Shown here: positions 39,600 to 48,842 of the stretch, in pieces
How positions within the stretch are numbered: the first letter of the stretch is position 1
How the letters are laid out: each line of letters begins with the position of its first letter
IMG/VR virus record: IMGVR_UViG_3300048930_000192
Location: 67,811 to 131,810 of that record
Length of the DNA stretch: 64,000 nt
From: a virus
Reading direction: 5' to 3' (one strand)
Program-made: the position numbers and the translations under genes
Notes under the pieces: model-generated
Databases searched by the model: none
What the model was told of the DNA's origin: nothing
Seen by the model: only the letters and a program-made list of their open reading frames with translations

Positions 39600-40553
39600 T
39601 TACCGTCCTGTTCTATCCCGTCCCACGATTCCGGAAAAATGCAATGGTCGCTTTTATTTGGATTTTGAGTCACACCATGTTCATTGTGCCTCTCGCGTTT
39701 TGGACTCAACTCGAAATCACCGGATGGGCGTCTTACTCAAAGGGCGTATACAGCCCATTTAATTGGTGGCTTGCATTGCTCATCACCGCAGCCCTTTACT
39801 TTGTGCGACCCTGGATCCTCATTGTTCTTCTGGTAATCTCAATGATTGCCAGATTTGTGTTCATCTAATACAAACCACTTCTTTGAAAGTTGATGGTTGC
39901 CATGCTGACTAGGCCAATTTGCGTATATTGTTACACAGAGTTTATTCCCGTCGGCAATGAAACTGTTTGTGATCTTTGCGCCGACGAAGGAATTACCATC
40001 GACGAACCGTTAACCCTTACTGTCAAGGGCTTCCCAGCCAATCCACCCAATGCTTGTCGTACAATTGCAAGTTGTACGGTGCTCGATCATGCACCGACCG
40101 GATCTACTCGCGACGAATATTTTGGGCTGAGGCGCGAACTTGCTTTGAAGTATGGTGGCCCCAAAGGCTACGCCGACATGAGTGATTTCGAGGATCGGTG
40201 CCCGTTTGATCCTAAAGACCCCGATGGTTCAAACGAAGCATCCGATAACGTAATTTATAACCTCATACACCGTTGCGTTGAGATTAGAAAGAACAGTAAA
40301 CCATGAAATTTACACGAAGATTTAGGAAAAAAGCCATAGACTTAATGGCTTTAGTTAATGGCAGTAGATTCTATATTCGTGGTTATGATATTGTGCCAGA
40401 TGACCCGATTAAATGGGATAATTGGGAATATAACAGATCGATGCAAGTTGCCAAAGCAATGTTTCGCGATCTGCCTGTACCACCCGCTAAAAATGTGCCG
40501 AAGTTTCAACTGGTTAAACAAACTCCGCTCATTCTTTAAGGAATAATTAAACC

Positions 40554-41156
40554 ATGAACACCCACGATTTAATTGATGCTGGCCATGAACTACCTCGTTA
40601 CAGCGACCTTCAATGTTCGCCCCGCGCTCTTACATTGGCAATTCACGGTCACAAACACCAACAGCGATCTGATGGTAAGGCTTACATCTCTCACCCTGTT
40701 CGTGTTGTTCGGCTATTGCAGCATTATTATATCTATGACGTGGATACTCTCGACACCGCAATTTGTCATGATCTGTTGGAAGATACAACGGTAACAGAGG
40801 ATGATATTGAATACGCTTGTGGTCGCAAAGTTGTTAAAAACGTCAAAATGCTAACTGGTGTGTATTATGCCGACAAGGATACCACCAAGTTAACCACCGA
40901 ACAAAAGACCAAACTAATTGTATCTAAGGTTGAATCTTATAATACTGCGGCCGCATTAGTTAAAATGGCTGATAGGTTGGATAACCTTACTGATGCAATT
41001 GGTGTATGGTCTACCGAACGGATTGACGCCTATGCCAAACAGGCTAACCTTATGTTGGGTGCAATGGCTATTAACCAAAATGTTTGCTTTGATGATAATT
41101 CAAAGCAACTCCGTAATAAGTTGTATGGTGTGGCAAACTTTCTTTCAAGGAAATAA
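40554..41156 (+). CDS. HD-domain hydrolase (SpoT/Mesh1-like small alarmone hydrolase)
   Basis: H.HQQRSDG.AYISHP..V, CHDLLEDT, VKMADRLDNL. Confidence 0.85.
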   Translation: MNTHDLIDAGHELPRYSDLQCSPRALTLAIHGHKHQQRSDGKAYISHPVRVVRLLQHYYIYDVDTLDTAICHDLLEDTTVTEDDIEYACGRKVVKNVKMLTGVYYADKDTTKLTTEQKTKLIVSKVESYNTAAALVKMADRLDNLTDAIGVWSTERIDAYAKQANLMLGAMAINQNVCFDDNSKQLRNKLYGVANFLSRK

Positions 41157-41414
41157 TATGAATACTCTTATTAATATCGTCCTTTTTATCCTTGTTAATA
41201 TCGCCCTTGTTGTTTTGATTGTATGCCTTGGCGCCTTGTCTGGTGCAGTATTGCGGTTCTTCTATGATGATTTGACCAGATGGGAGTCATTTGGATATGG
41301 CGTAGTATCTCTAATTATGGTTGACTGGCTTTATACGGCTCAGAAGCAAGTTATCAAGTGGTCTTTTGGTGATCGAGGCTAACGCTACTTGTAGTGGTTT
41401 CTCGCTGCGCTCGA

Positions 41415-41448
41415 AACAGGAGAGGCAAAGCCTCTCCTGTTTCCTTTT
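41415..41448 (+). terminator. Intrinsic terminator
   Basis: GAAACAGGAGAGGC / GCCTCTCCTGTTTC stem followed by a T run. Confidence 0.75.
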
Positions 41449-42286
41449 GGTGATTAGGTGGTATACAGCACGTTTTAAGTCTCATATGAACTCCTTTGAT
41501 ACACTTTGATTATACGTCATCCGGTCTAGGATCTCAAGTTTCGTCAATCGTAGATAATAATTGTATGTTTGCCAGTGCCAAATTTATCAATCTGGATTTT
41601 CTTTGTCATCCTAATCCCGAACCTGGTCTGTATACCTATCACAAATTAAATGCGGGGTTGCTTATATATTGCATTAGCGGCGACCTTGAAGCACAAATTC
41701 ATTATTTTTCTGGCTGGAAGAATTTTCAAGACAATAAGGTATTCCTAAACGACCCAATTGTAGAAATTGATATAAACCACTACATTAGATACTCATATAC
41801 CTTCATTGAACGGTACAATAAAGATATCGTATATTACATCGACGGTATTCAAGTAAATCCTGGAAAATTGATATATGGAATTTTACCATAATATAAATCA
41901 TAACACCGCAAATAGTTGCATTTATACTATTATGATTAATAGGCCCATATTTATTGTAAACACCCTTATTATTAGTGTGTTTGTAAATTGTTTCGATAAT
42001 TATACCGACTATAGTAATTTTATTGATATATATGGCAATAAAAATAACTTTGAAAGAATTACACTAGACGAATATATCAAACTCACCCACAAGTTATATT
42101 TGGATGGCATAAAAACTAATAGTTTAAGATGCTGTGGTGGGCTTGGCGTCGAAATACATTCACCAATATTGAGAATATCTCAATTGAAAACTTGACGATG
42201 ACTTGCCGATTGAGTATAATTATACGTCGATCATCGCGCGTTGTGATGGTCAAATTGTGATTGCATGTTTATATGGAGTATCGATA

Positions 42287-42781
42287 ATGTCCAACGATTC
42301 GACCGCCGTTACTGATGCCGGTTCTGAAAACAAGGCTCCGCGAGTGCTTTATGGTACTCGTGTTGACGCCGCATTTGCCCTTGAACTCGGGCGCCTGCGT
42401 GGCGAGGACTATACTGATCCCAGCCAGGATCGACCGAAGTATATCACTCGCCCTGAACTGATCCGCATTGGTATCGAGAATGGCACCAACTTCTATGTGG
42501 ATTACATCAACGATCATCCTGGTTCGCGTGAGGCGTACATGACCGATGAAATGCTTGAGCCTGACCAGTCGAAGCGCACCAAGTATACTCGATTTGGCAT
42601 CACTCTTGGTGTTCCTGGCAAGGCAACTCAGCGCACCACAAATCGCAATCCTGCTGGCCCTCGCGCAAGTGATGGTACGCCGCAGTATAAGATGGATATT
42701 TTCTTTACTGCGCTCGACAACCTTATTCGTGACATGAAGCCCGAAGAATTCAATGAAACCTTTGCGCGTACTGCCCTCTGA
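42287..42781 (+). CDS. Early protein, paralog family A copy 3
   Basis: YGTRVDAAFALEL..RPKYITRPEL.RI..ENG..YTRFGITLGVP..DGTPQY. Confidence 0.85.
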   Translation: MSNDSTAVTDAGSENKAPRVLYGTRVDAAFALELGRLRGEDYTDPSQDRPKYITRPELIRIGIENGTNFYVDYINDHPGSREAYMTDEMLEPDQSKRTKYTRFGITLGVPGKATQRTTNRNPAGPRASDGTPQYKMDIFFTALDNLIRDMKPEEFNETFARTAL

Positions 42782-43154
42782 AACAAAAATTAAAACTGAA
42801 TATGCCAATACGGCGTGATTAACTTTGCGCCGTATTATTTCCCGAATTTAACTTTAACGGAGAATATATGAGTCACGGTCAACGTGCGGCATATAAGAGC
42901 AATCACCAACGCGAAGTTTGGAGTCGCAGAGCAGACTCTAGGTTTACTGGTTGCAGAAATGGCCGATATGTGAAAACTGAAACCCATAGGCAAGAGCGCC
43001 GAGAAGCCAGAATTAATCTCAAAAAGCACGAAGATTGATCCTCGCAGTCGGCAACTGGTAACAATAAATTGAGTCGTTTATCTTGACTTTGATTAGCCGT
43101 AAGTATAGAATTATTCGTGCGATAGATTCTAAACGCCTTTAAAGGATTCATTAA

Positions 43155-43448
43155 ATGAGTCGGAATGTGCAACCCGTTATTTCGCCTGTTGAGATCATGG
43201 ATCGCAGGATCGGAGATCGTGAAATTTCCGACAGTCTCGTGGCTGCTCGAATCAAGCCGAGCGAGGTGATTGTTTCTCGCGTTGACCAAGCTGGAAAGTA
43301 TGTGATTGTTGAAACCAGTCACACTTGTTTGGATCGTGCTCAAATGGCAGAATTGTGTAAGTGTGTTCGGTTTGCTCAGTTGGAAACTACATATTCTATT
43401 GATGGTACTATTTGGTTCTTCTTTAAGACCTCTAACAGCGCAAGGTAA
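43155..43448 (+). CDS. Hypothetical early protein
   Basis: AAGGA RBS after promoter 43083. Confidence 0.7.
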   Translation: MSRNVQPVISPVEIMDRRIGDREISDSLVAARIKPSEVIVSRVDQAGKYVIVETSHTCLDRAQMAELCKCVRFAQLETTYSIDGTIWFFFKTSNSAR

Positions 43449-44278
43449 TAAAAAATGAGTGACAATTATCGCAGAGCCGGGCGATGTTATATCGAGAGAT
43501 ATAACACCATTCGCAAATCATATCAGGGTATTATTACTTACGTTGGTGGTGCGAAAGTAAAGAGGCAAAATAAGGATTTGCCAACATCACTTGGGATCAA
43601 TGGGGTGCCGTTTTCTATGGTAAACAAATGCATCGCGATGGTGCGATCACCTCTTTGTATCATGCAAGGCGCCACGGTCTAAAACGGAATGTTAATACCC
43701 GTCATATTCTTAGAACCTCTGAAATTGTAACAAATAGAATTACTACCGTACGTGCCTATAATGGCACAGAACGACATCATTACGAAGCCCTGAAAAAGAG
43801 AAGGGGCAAACCTTCTAAGATCGGTAATGATGGGCGATATTTCATTCCCAAGATAGTAATTATGCCTGATGGCATTTCTCGACCGGTCAGATCAAATACA
43901 GAAAGGACAGACAGAACATGGCTGCAAACACATTGGTAACGGTAGATAACTATCCATCACAGAAGTATGTTTTGCTGGATTCAAATGCAAATGGCACCGT
44001 GCGCATCAATGGTCTTGCCTCGCACGAAGAAGCAATCATCCTCATCTTCAAAGCCGGTGATGGATATTATGGCTGCACAGCCGACGATATCGTTTATGTT
44101 GGTGCGCCCATTGATGACGATGGTGGTGATGATCTCGAATTTGTTGGTGTTGGAATTCTAGAGTCTCTTGTCGAATGACAAAAGTTTGTGTCAAAACTTG
44201 ACGCGAGTTTGCCGTCAGTGTATAATTTCAAGTCGTTTTGTTCACGCAATATCTGTGGATTGAAAAGGAGTATCAAGA

Positions 44279-45160
44279 ATGCCGGGTCGCCGAAGTAACG
44301 AAGATCGTGCAAAGATTATTGCCAGTCTCAAGAAGGATATGTACTACCTTGACGGCTTCGACGTGATTTATGACGATAGTGGCAAGAAAGAGAAGCGGTA
44401 TCTCGATCCTGATACCATGAAGCCACGCGATCCGTATGATGGTGTTGCAGCCATTCAGACTTCGCCGCTTCGTGCGAAGAAGGATATCTGCAAGGATTGC
44501 CCGAACAAGCCCGGGCTACTTGAGGGAATGGTTTATCTGTGGGGGCTGGATCTTGTGCTCGACCCTCGAAACAACCTGACTGTGTATCGTCACCCCGAAA
44601 CTCGTCTTGTGTATAACGGCTACACAGATATCCCCGCTTTCATTGATCCTGGCTCTAGCGAGCGATTCTTCCAGCAAGACCGTGGCGGCATCATCAATCG
44701 CACCAATGGTCCTGCGTGCGTGTTCCCCATCAACCCCGAAGATAACCTGTATATCGTCGATGGTCGCCCACTTGCGCAGGGCGGGCATCTGGATCTTGCT
44801 CGTAAGATTGTAATGGAGCCCGAGAAGCTTACCCTCGACGAGATTTATTCCATCGTCGATGAGGAATCAAAGCGAATTGCGATCGAACGGTTCGGTCTTG
44901 AAGAATTCATCAAAGTGAGTAATGCCAAGGTCCTTGATGAATATGAAAATGTGATTGAGGGAACCCATGAAGCCTTGTTCGAGCTGTATGGCAACAAAGA
45001 GGGTACCATCAAGTTTTCGTTCTTCTGTGGTGTTTGCCGTTCGACTGGCCGCGTTTACTTCATTCGAGTGCCGAATCCCGACGACAATCGAACCATTGAA
45101 GCAGCCAAGAAGTTCATGACTGGCGGGATGGAACCCAACAAGTGCGTTGGTGCAAGTTAA
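44279..45160 (+). CDS. DUF6745-like protein
   Basis: E..RIAIERFG.E.FI..VLD..VCRSTGRVYFIRVP..T.EAA C-terminal pattern. Confidence 0.65.
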   Translation: MPGRRSNEDRAKIIASLKKDMYYLDGFDVIYDDSGKKEKRYLDPDTMKPRDPYDGVAAIQTSPLRAKKDICKDCPNKPGLLEGMVYLWGLDLVLDPRNNLTVYRHPETRLVYNGYTDIPAFIDPGSSERFFQQDRGGIINRTNGPACVFPINPEDNLYIVDGRPLAQGGHLDLARKIVMEPEKLTLDEIYSIVDEESKRIAIERFGLEEFIKVSNAKVLDEYENVIEGTHEALFELYGNKEGTIKFSFFCGVCRSTGRVYFIRVPNPDDNRTIEAAKKFMTGGMEPNKCVGAS

Positions 45161-45233
45161 TAAATAAGTAAGATTGTTTCTTGCTTATATGCCTCTGTGT
45201 ACGATAGTGTGAGAATAAAAGGAGTTTTAGATT

Positions 45234-45692
45234 ATGGCTAAGAATACTGTTGCTGTTGCCGATCCCGTGAAGGTCTTTAACCGAGTGAAGAACTCTGTAA
45301 AGAACCCGAAGCCCGATCCAATCATGCTTTCTAACGTGAATACTCCCGGTGAGTTTGTTCGCCAGGGCGACATTTACGTTACCCTTCTTGAGGGCAAGCC
45401 GACTGGTACTTGCAAGAAGGTTCCTGCTGCAAAGCTGACCAGCAAGGAATTCCAGCTTGCGCCTGGCAACAGCCGTGGCTCTCGCCACATGCTCGATAAT
45501 GTCGATGCTGTGGAGATCTACGATCGTGGCACTCGTGAAGATGGCATCGAAGCTGGTTATGCAATCAAGGTGAACGAGGCTTGCAGCATTGTTCACCCCG
45601 AGCATGGTACTGTCAATCTTGGCAAGGACATGTGGGTTGCTGTTACTTACCAGCTCACCTGGGATCAAGTTGCTCGCCGCGTTCAGGACTAA
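45234..45692 (+). CDS. RQGD..HPEH protein (typical DUF6745 neighbour)
   Basis: VRQGDIY..LAPG..GSRH..VHPEHG. Confidence 0.7.
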   Translation: MAKNTVAVADPVKVFNRVKNSVKNPKPDPIMLSNVNTPGEFVRQGDIYVTLLEGKPTGTCKKVPAAKLTSKEFQLAPGNSRGSRHMLDNVDAVEIYDRGTREDGIEAGYAIKVNEACSIVHPEHGTVNLGKDMWVAVTYQLTWDQVARRVQD

Positions 45693-45766
45693 TACTGAAC
45701 ACCAATGATTCTGTTTGACAATTTGATTATTGTTTCCGCACACTGAAAAGTTGTGCGGAAATTTTT

Positions 45767-46099
45767 ATGACGACAGGAAGAAACACTACATTCCGTGCAG
45801 ATCGTATTCTTTACGATTCTATTAGAATGCCAAATACCGTTTTTTATGATGGTACTATATCTTATGTGGCACGAAAGCACAATAAGATATATATGTACGC
45901 AACCAAGATATATATGTACGCAACCGGCTCATATGAATGCCCGTTTGGTAAGATATATATGTACGCAACCAAGATATATATGTACGCAACCGGCTCATAT
46001 GAATGCCCGTTTGGTAAGATATATATGTACGCAACCGGCTCATATGAATGCCCGTTTGGTGCATTTATAGATCGAACTGGATGGAACCACCTCACCTGA
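45767..46099 (+). CDS. Mini-protein family member with internal tandem expansion
   Basis: FYDGTI..ATGSY..IDRTGW. Confidence 0.75.
   Translation: MTTGRNTTFRADRILYDSIRMPNTVFYDGTISYVARKHNKIYMYATKIYMYATGSYECPFGKIYMYATKIYMYATGSYECPFGKIYMYATGSYECPFGAFIDRTGWNHLT
45884..46060. repeat. In-frame compound tandem repeat AABAABAB (A=21 bp, B=24 bp)
   Basis: A=AAGATATATATGTACGCAACC, B=GGCTCATATGAATGCCCGTTTGGT, exact copies. Confidence 0.95.
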
Positions 46100-46126
46100 G
46101 GTGTGCCGACAACGAGGAATGATGTA

Positions 46127-46516
46127 ATGGCAAAGAAGAAAGAACAAATAAAATATATTGATACCTATGCGGCTATCACCGACCTAATGCAAGTGGTGTT
46201 TAATGCCGAGAGGCCAGGCCCAGGATATTCATACTATCGGTGGTATGATATTAACACGAAAAGTGCAATATCAATATTTCGGTCTTTTAATCCATTTACT
46301 AAAGAAAAGCATACAATAAAGGTTCTGGAAAAGTTCATTAAAATGACGGAATGTGCAATATCTATTGAGGCTGGTGTTAATGGATATTCACTAAAGATGA
46401 TAAAGGATGGTAATACTACGTTACTTAGTTTGGAGAAAACTCTGCCGTATGCAGTTTGTATTGGAATTCTAAACTATTATGGGCATCAAAGGCCAAAATA
46501 TGAAGTGCCGAGATAA
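46127..46516 (+). CDS. Possible phage ABA-sandwich-like protein
   Basis: FNPFT..KVLEK..TLPYAVCIGIL pattern. Confidence 0.45.
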   Translation: MAKKKEQIKYIDTYAAITDLMQVVFNAERPGPGYSYYRWYDINTKSAISIFRSFNPFTKEKHTIKVLEKFIKMTECAISIEAGVNGYSLKMIKDGNTTLLSLEKTLPYAVCIGILNYYGHQRPKYEVPR

Positions 46517-46754
46517 AAGGATAGTTAACAGAAGCGATATTTTTTATGGTAATAAAGATATAGCCATTAAAACTGTTCTGTATGACGGTTCAATTTGGAC
46601 GGGACCTTATAACATAAGTAATCGCAGAATTATAAAGAAAGAAAAATCGGCTCGTTTTGAAAATAACGGAGAATATAACTTTTATGTTCCCGTAGATAAG
46701 TATAATAATACCCTAAATATGTTCGATCCAACCGGAATCATTTCGCAACTCTAA
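46500..46754 (+). CDS. Mini-protein family member
   Basis: LYDGSI..NGEY..FDPTGI. Confidence 0.75.
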   Translation: MKCRDKRIVNRSDIFYGNKDIAIKTVLYDGSIWTGPYNISNRRIIKKEKSARFENNGEYNFYVPVDKYNNTLNMFDPTGIISQL

Positions 46755-46755
46755 T

Positions 46756-46829
46756 GCCCGAATACCAAAATGGCTTAATGGCTCTGGCTGCAACCCAGAT
46801 GTGTCTTGGTTCAAGTCCAAGTTCGGGCT
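46756..46829 (+). tRNA. tRNA-Cys (GCA)
   Basis: GCCCGAA/TTCGGGC, U73; TCTGG-CTGCAAC-CCAGA. Confidence 0.9.
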
Positions 46830-46834
46830 TTGAT

Positions 46835-47044
46835 ATGGAAAATAAACACAAACTTGGTCAATATTGTATCTTTATTCAAGGTTGCGACAATGTGTTTATT
46901 GCATCTATTCATTATTCTGGCGGCATTACTGTTGGTCCATATATTACAGATTATGGGCACCATACTACTGATTCCGATGGTTCATATCGAATTGGACCCA
47001 AAAATTCATACATCGATGAAACTGGTTGTTTGATAATAACATGA
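46835..47044 (+). CDS. Mini-protein family member
   Basis: HYSGGI..DGSY..IDETGC. Confidence 0.75.
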   Translation: MENKHKLGQYCIFIQGCDNVFIASIHYSGGITVGPYITDYGHHTTDSDGSYRIGPKNSYIDETGCLIIT

Positions 47045-47732
47045 AAATATTTAACGCTAAAAATTACGGTTCTATTCCTCATTTGCCTGGCAGTCACTTG
47101 ACTGTTGGCGACTATACTCTTAATGCTGGTCAAGCCAAGATTCTAACGGTAAAGACCAGAGACAAGCACGATACCGTATTTGTACATGAAAAGTTGGATG
47201 GCTCTAATGTTGGTATCTATCGTGAAGGCGATATATTTCATCCAGTTAGTAGATCTGGTAATATGTGTGTAAATTCGCCACTTGAGCAACACCGCATATT
47301 TTACGAATGGGTAAAAACAACTGCGGCTTATTCTTGTTTCTAGAAGATGGTGAACGACTGGTTGGCGAATGGCTTGCACAAGCTCATGGTACTAAATATG
47401 CAATAAATAATAATCCATTTGTCGCATTTGATATTATGAGAGGCTCAACCAGAGCCTTACAATCGGAATTGGATTCAAGAATACCGTCAGAAATACCTCG
47501 ATCCAAACTTCTTCATTCTGGTCAGACAATTTCAGTAGACCAGGCAGATAAACTTCTGGGCGAATACGGCCATCATGGTGCGACAGAGACAGCAGAAGGC
47601 GTGGTATATCGTGTTGAACGTAACGGTGGTGTTGACTTTTTGGGCAAATATGTTAGAAGTGGTGTAGTGCCTGGTAAGTATTTGAGACTGGATCCACCGA
47701 TATGGAACTGGCATCCAAGAAAACTAAATTGA
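47041..47732 (+). CDS. ATP-dependent RNA ligase family protein, split by a -1 frameshift near 47315
   Basis: EKLDGSN (motif I) in 47026-47343; GEW, AFDI, EGVV in 47307-47732. Confidence 0.8.
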
Positions 47733-47750
47733 TTGTGTTAGCGGGGCACT

Positions 47751-48743
47751 TTACGTCTTTTTTATATTTATTTCGTATTTTGCACACCATTTCCTAACAG
47801 CATTATCAGATACACCGTACTTTCTACCCAAAGCAAGAAATGACATTTTTTCTATTTCATCTTTTAGAATTTCTTTAGATGGCCTTGTCACTTTTCTAGA
47901 AGATTCTGCACAACACTCGGTAGAACAAAATTTACCCTTACATTTTTTAATTTTGCAAAATTCGCAACAATTTAATTCTTTCTTTGGTTTATCAAATTTA
48001 GCGAACTTATCCCAATTGGCAGAGGACGCCGTCCTAGAAACGGTGTGTTCGGGGTTCGACTCCCCGAGTTCGCATTTGTTCTTTTTAGATTTGGATTTAC
48101 AAAAAGTTTCTGTTTGGCTATGACAATTTGGACAAATTAATCTTAAATTTTCCAATCTATTATCGTATGATACGCCATTTATGTGATCCATTTGTAAAGT
48201 CAATTTATTATTATTCCACGATGATATACCACAAATATCACATTTATATTCGTGCTTAACTTGCAAAAATCTTTCTTTTACCATTGATTTACATTTTCCG
48301 TGTATCGCAAATATTTCTTCGTTGGGTGTTCTATCTTTCTTCGGGCCAAACTTTGCACCTTTGCTCCATCCCTGACCAGTAAAATGATCGATATTTATAT
48401 TATTTGTTTCTATATAATTTATCAATTTTGATTTGAAAGTCCAAGGATAGTCATTTTTGCCGCCCAATAAAATATATACTCTCCTAATAGACTTACTATT
48501 TTTTATTGCCTCTAATATGAATTCCGGTTCTATTGTATCTATGTCAATTATATTACCGTGCTTTCCGCGCATATGGCTTACGTCTATTTTATGCTTATTA
48601 ATGTAAGCATCTAAGTCTCTATACCAAGCGCCACTATATGGGTCATTTTTATTCAATTTTCGAAAAATTTCAGCCTTAGTCTTACTTTCTTTAATAATCA
48701 AATTTAGTTCTTCATTAAAATCAACAAAGTATCCGGGTTTCAT
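47751..48743 (-). CDS. HNH homing endonuclease with C-terminal HTH
   Basis: C..CG..W..LQMDHING..DNRLENLRLICPNCHSQT; LGRKYGVSDNAVRKW; GGAGG RBS before MKPGY. Confidence 0.92.
   Translation of the reverse strand: MKPGYFVDFNEELNLIIKESKTKAEIFRKLNKNDPYSGAWYRDLDAYINKHKIDVSHMRGKHGNIIDIDTIEPEFILEAIKNSKSIRRVYILLGGKNDYPWTFKSKLINYIETNNINIDHFTGQGWSKGAKFGPKKDRTPNEEIFAIHGKCKSMVKERFLQVKHEYKCDICGISSWNNNKLTLQMDHINGVSYDNRLENLRLICPNCHSQTETFCKSKSKKNKCELGESNPEHTVSRTASSANWDKFAKFDKPKKELNCCEFCKIKKCKGKFCSTECCAESSRKVTRPSKEILKDEIEKMSFLALGRKYGVSDNAVRKWCAKYEINIKKT
48001..48074 (+). tRNA. tRNA-Leu (UAG) embedded antisense in the HNH ORF
   Basis: GCGAACT/AGTTCGC; GCCGT-CCTAGAA-ACGGT; CGGGG-TTCGACT-CCCCG. Confidence 0.85.
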
Positions 48744-48806
48744 CTGAACCTCCATTCTATGCTACTATTTATCTTTTAATGAATTTGGGGTTCAGATATA
48801 TTTTCT

Positions 48807-48835
48807 GGTGATAGGTTCAAGTCCCTTCACCCGCA
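48807..48835 (+). pseudogene. 3' tRNA fragment (Leu-like end)
   Basis: GGTTCAAGTCCCTTCACCCGCA. Confidence 0.55.
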
Positions 48836-48842
48836 TTTTAAT

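Noticed and set aside
19054-43448. Paralogy between ORFs 19054 and 43155
   Set aside because: Only a vague resemblance by eye; cannot be supported without an alignment
45181-45210. Additional promoter TTGCTT..TAGTGT before 45234
   Set aside because: Poor consensus, 18-bp spacing and CC at a different position; left out of the promoter count, though it could be a real exception
45884-46060. Possible CRISPR array
   Set aside because: The intervening sequences are identical or absent, unit lengths are multiples of 3 within an ORF, and no cas genes are present
46754-46834. N-terminal extension of ORF 46754-47044
   Set aside because: Overlaps tRNA-Cys; the real start is probably 46835
48001-48074. 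Amber suppressor (CUA) reading of the embedded tRNA
   Set aside because: The 5-bp stem and 7-nt loop CCTAGAA centre on TAG, which is Leu
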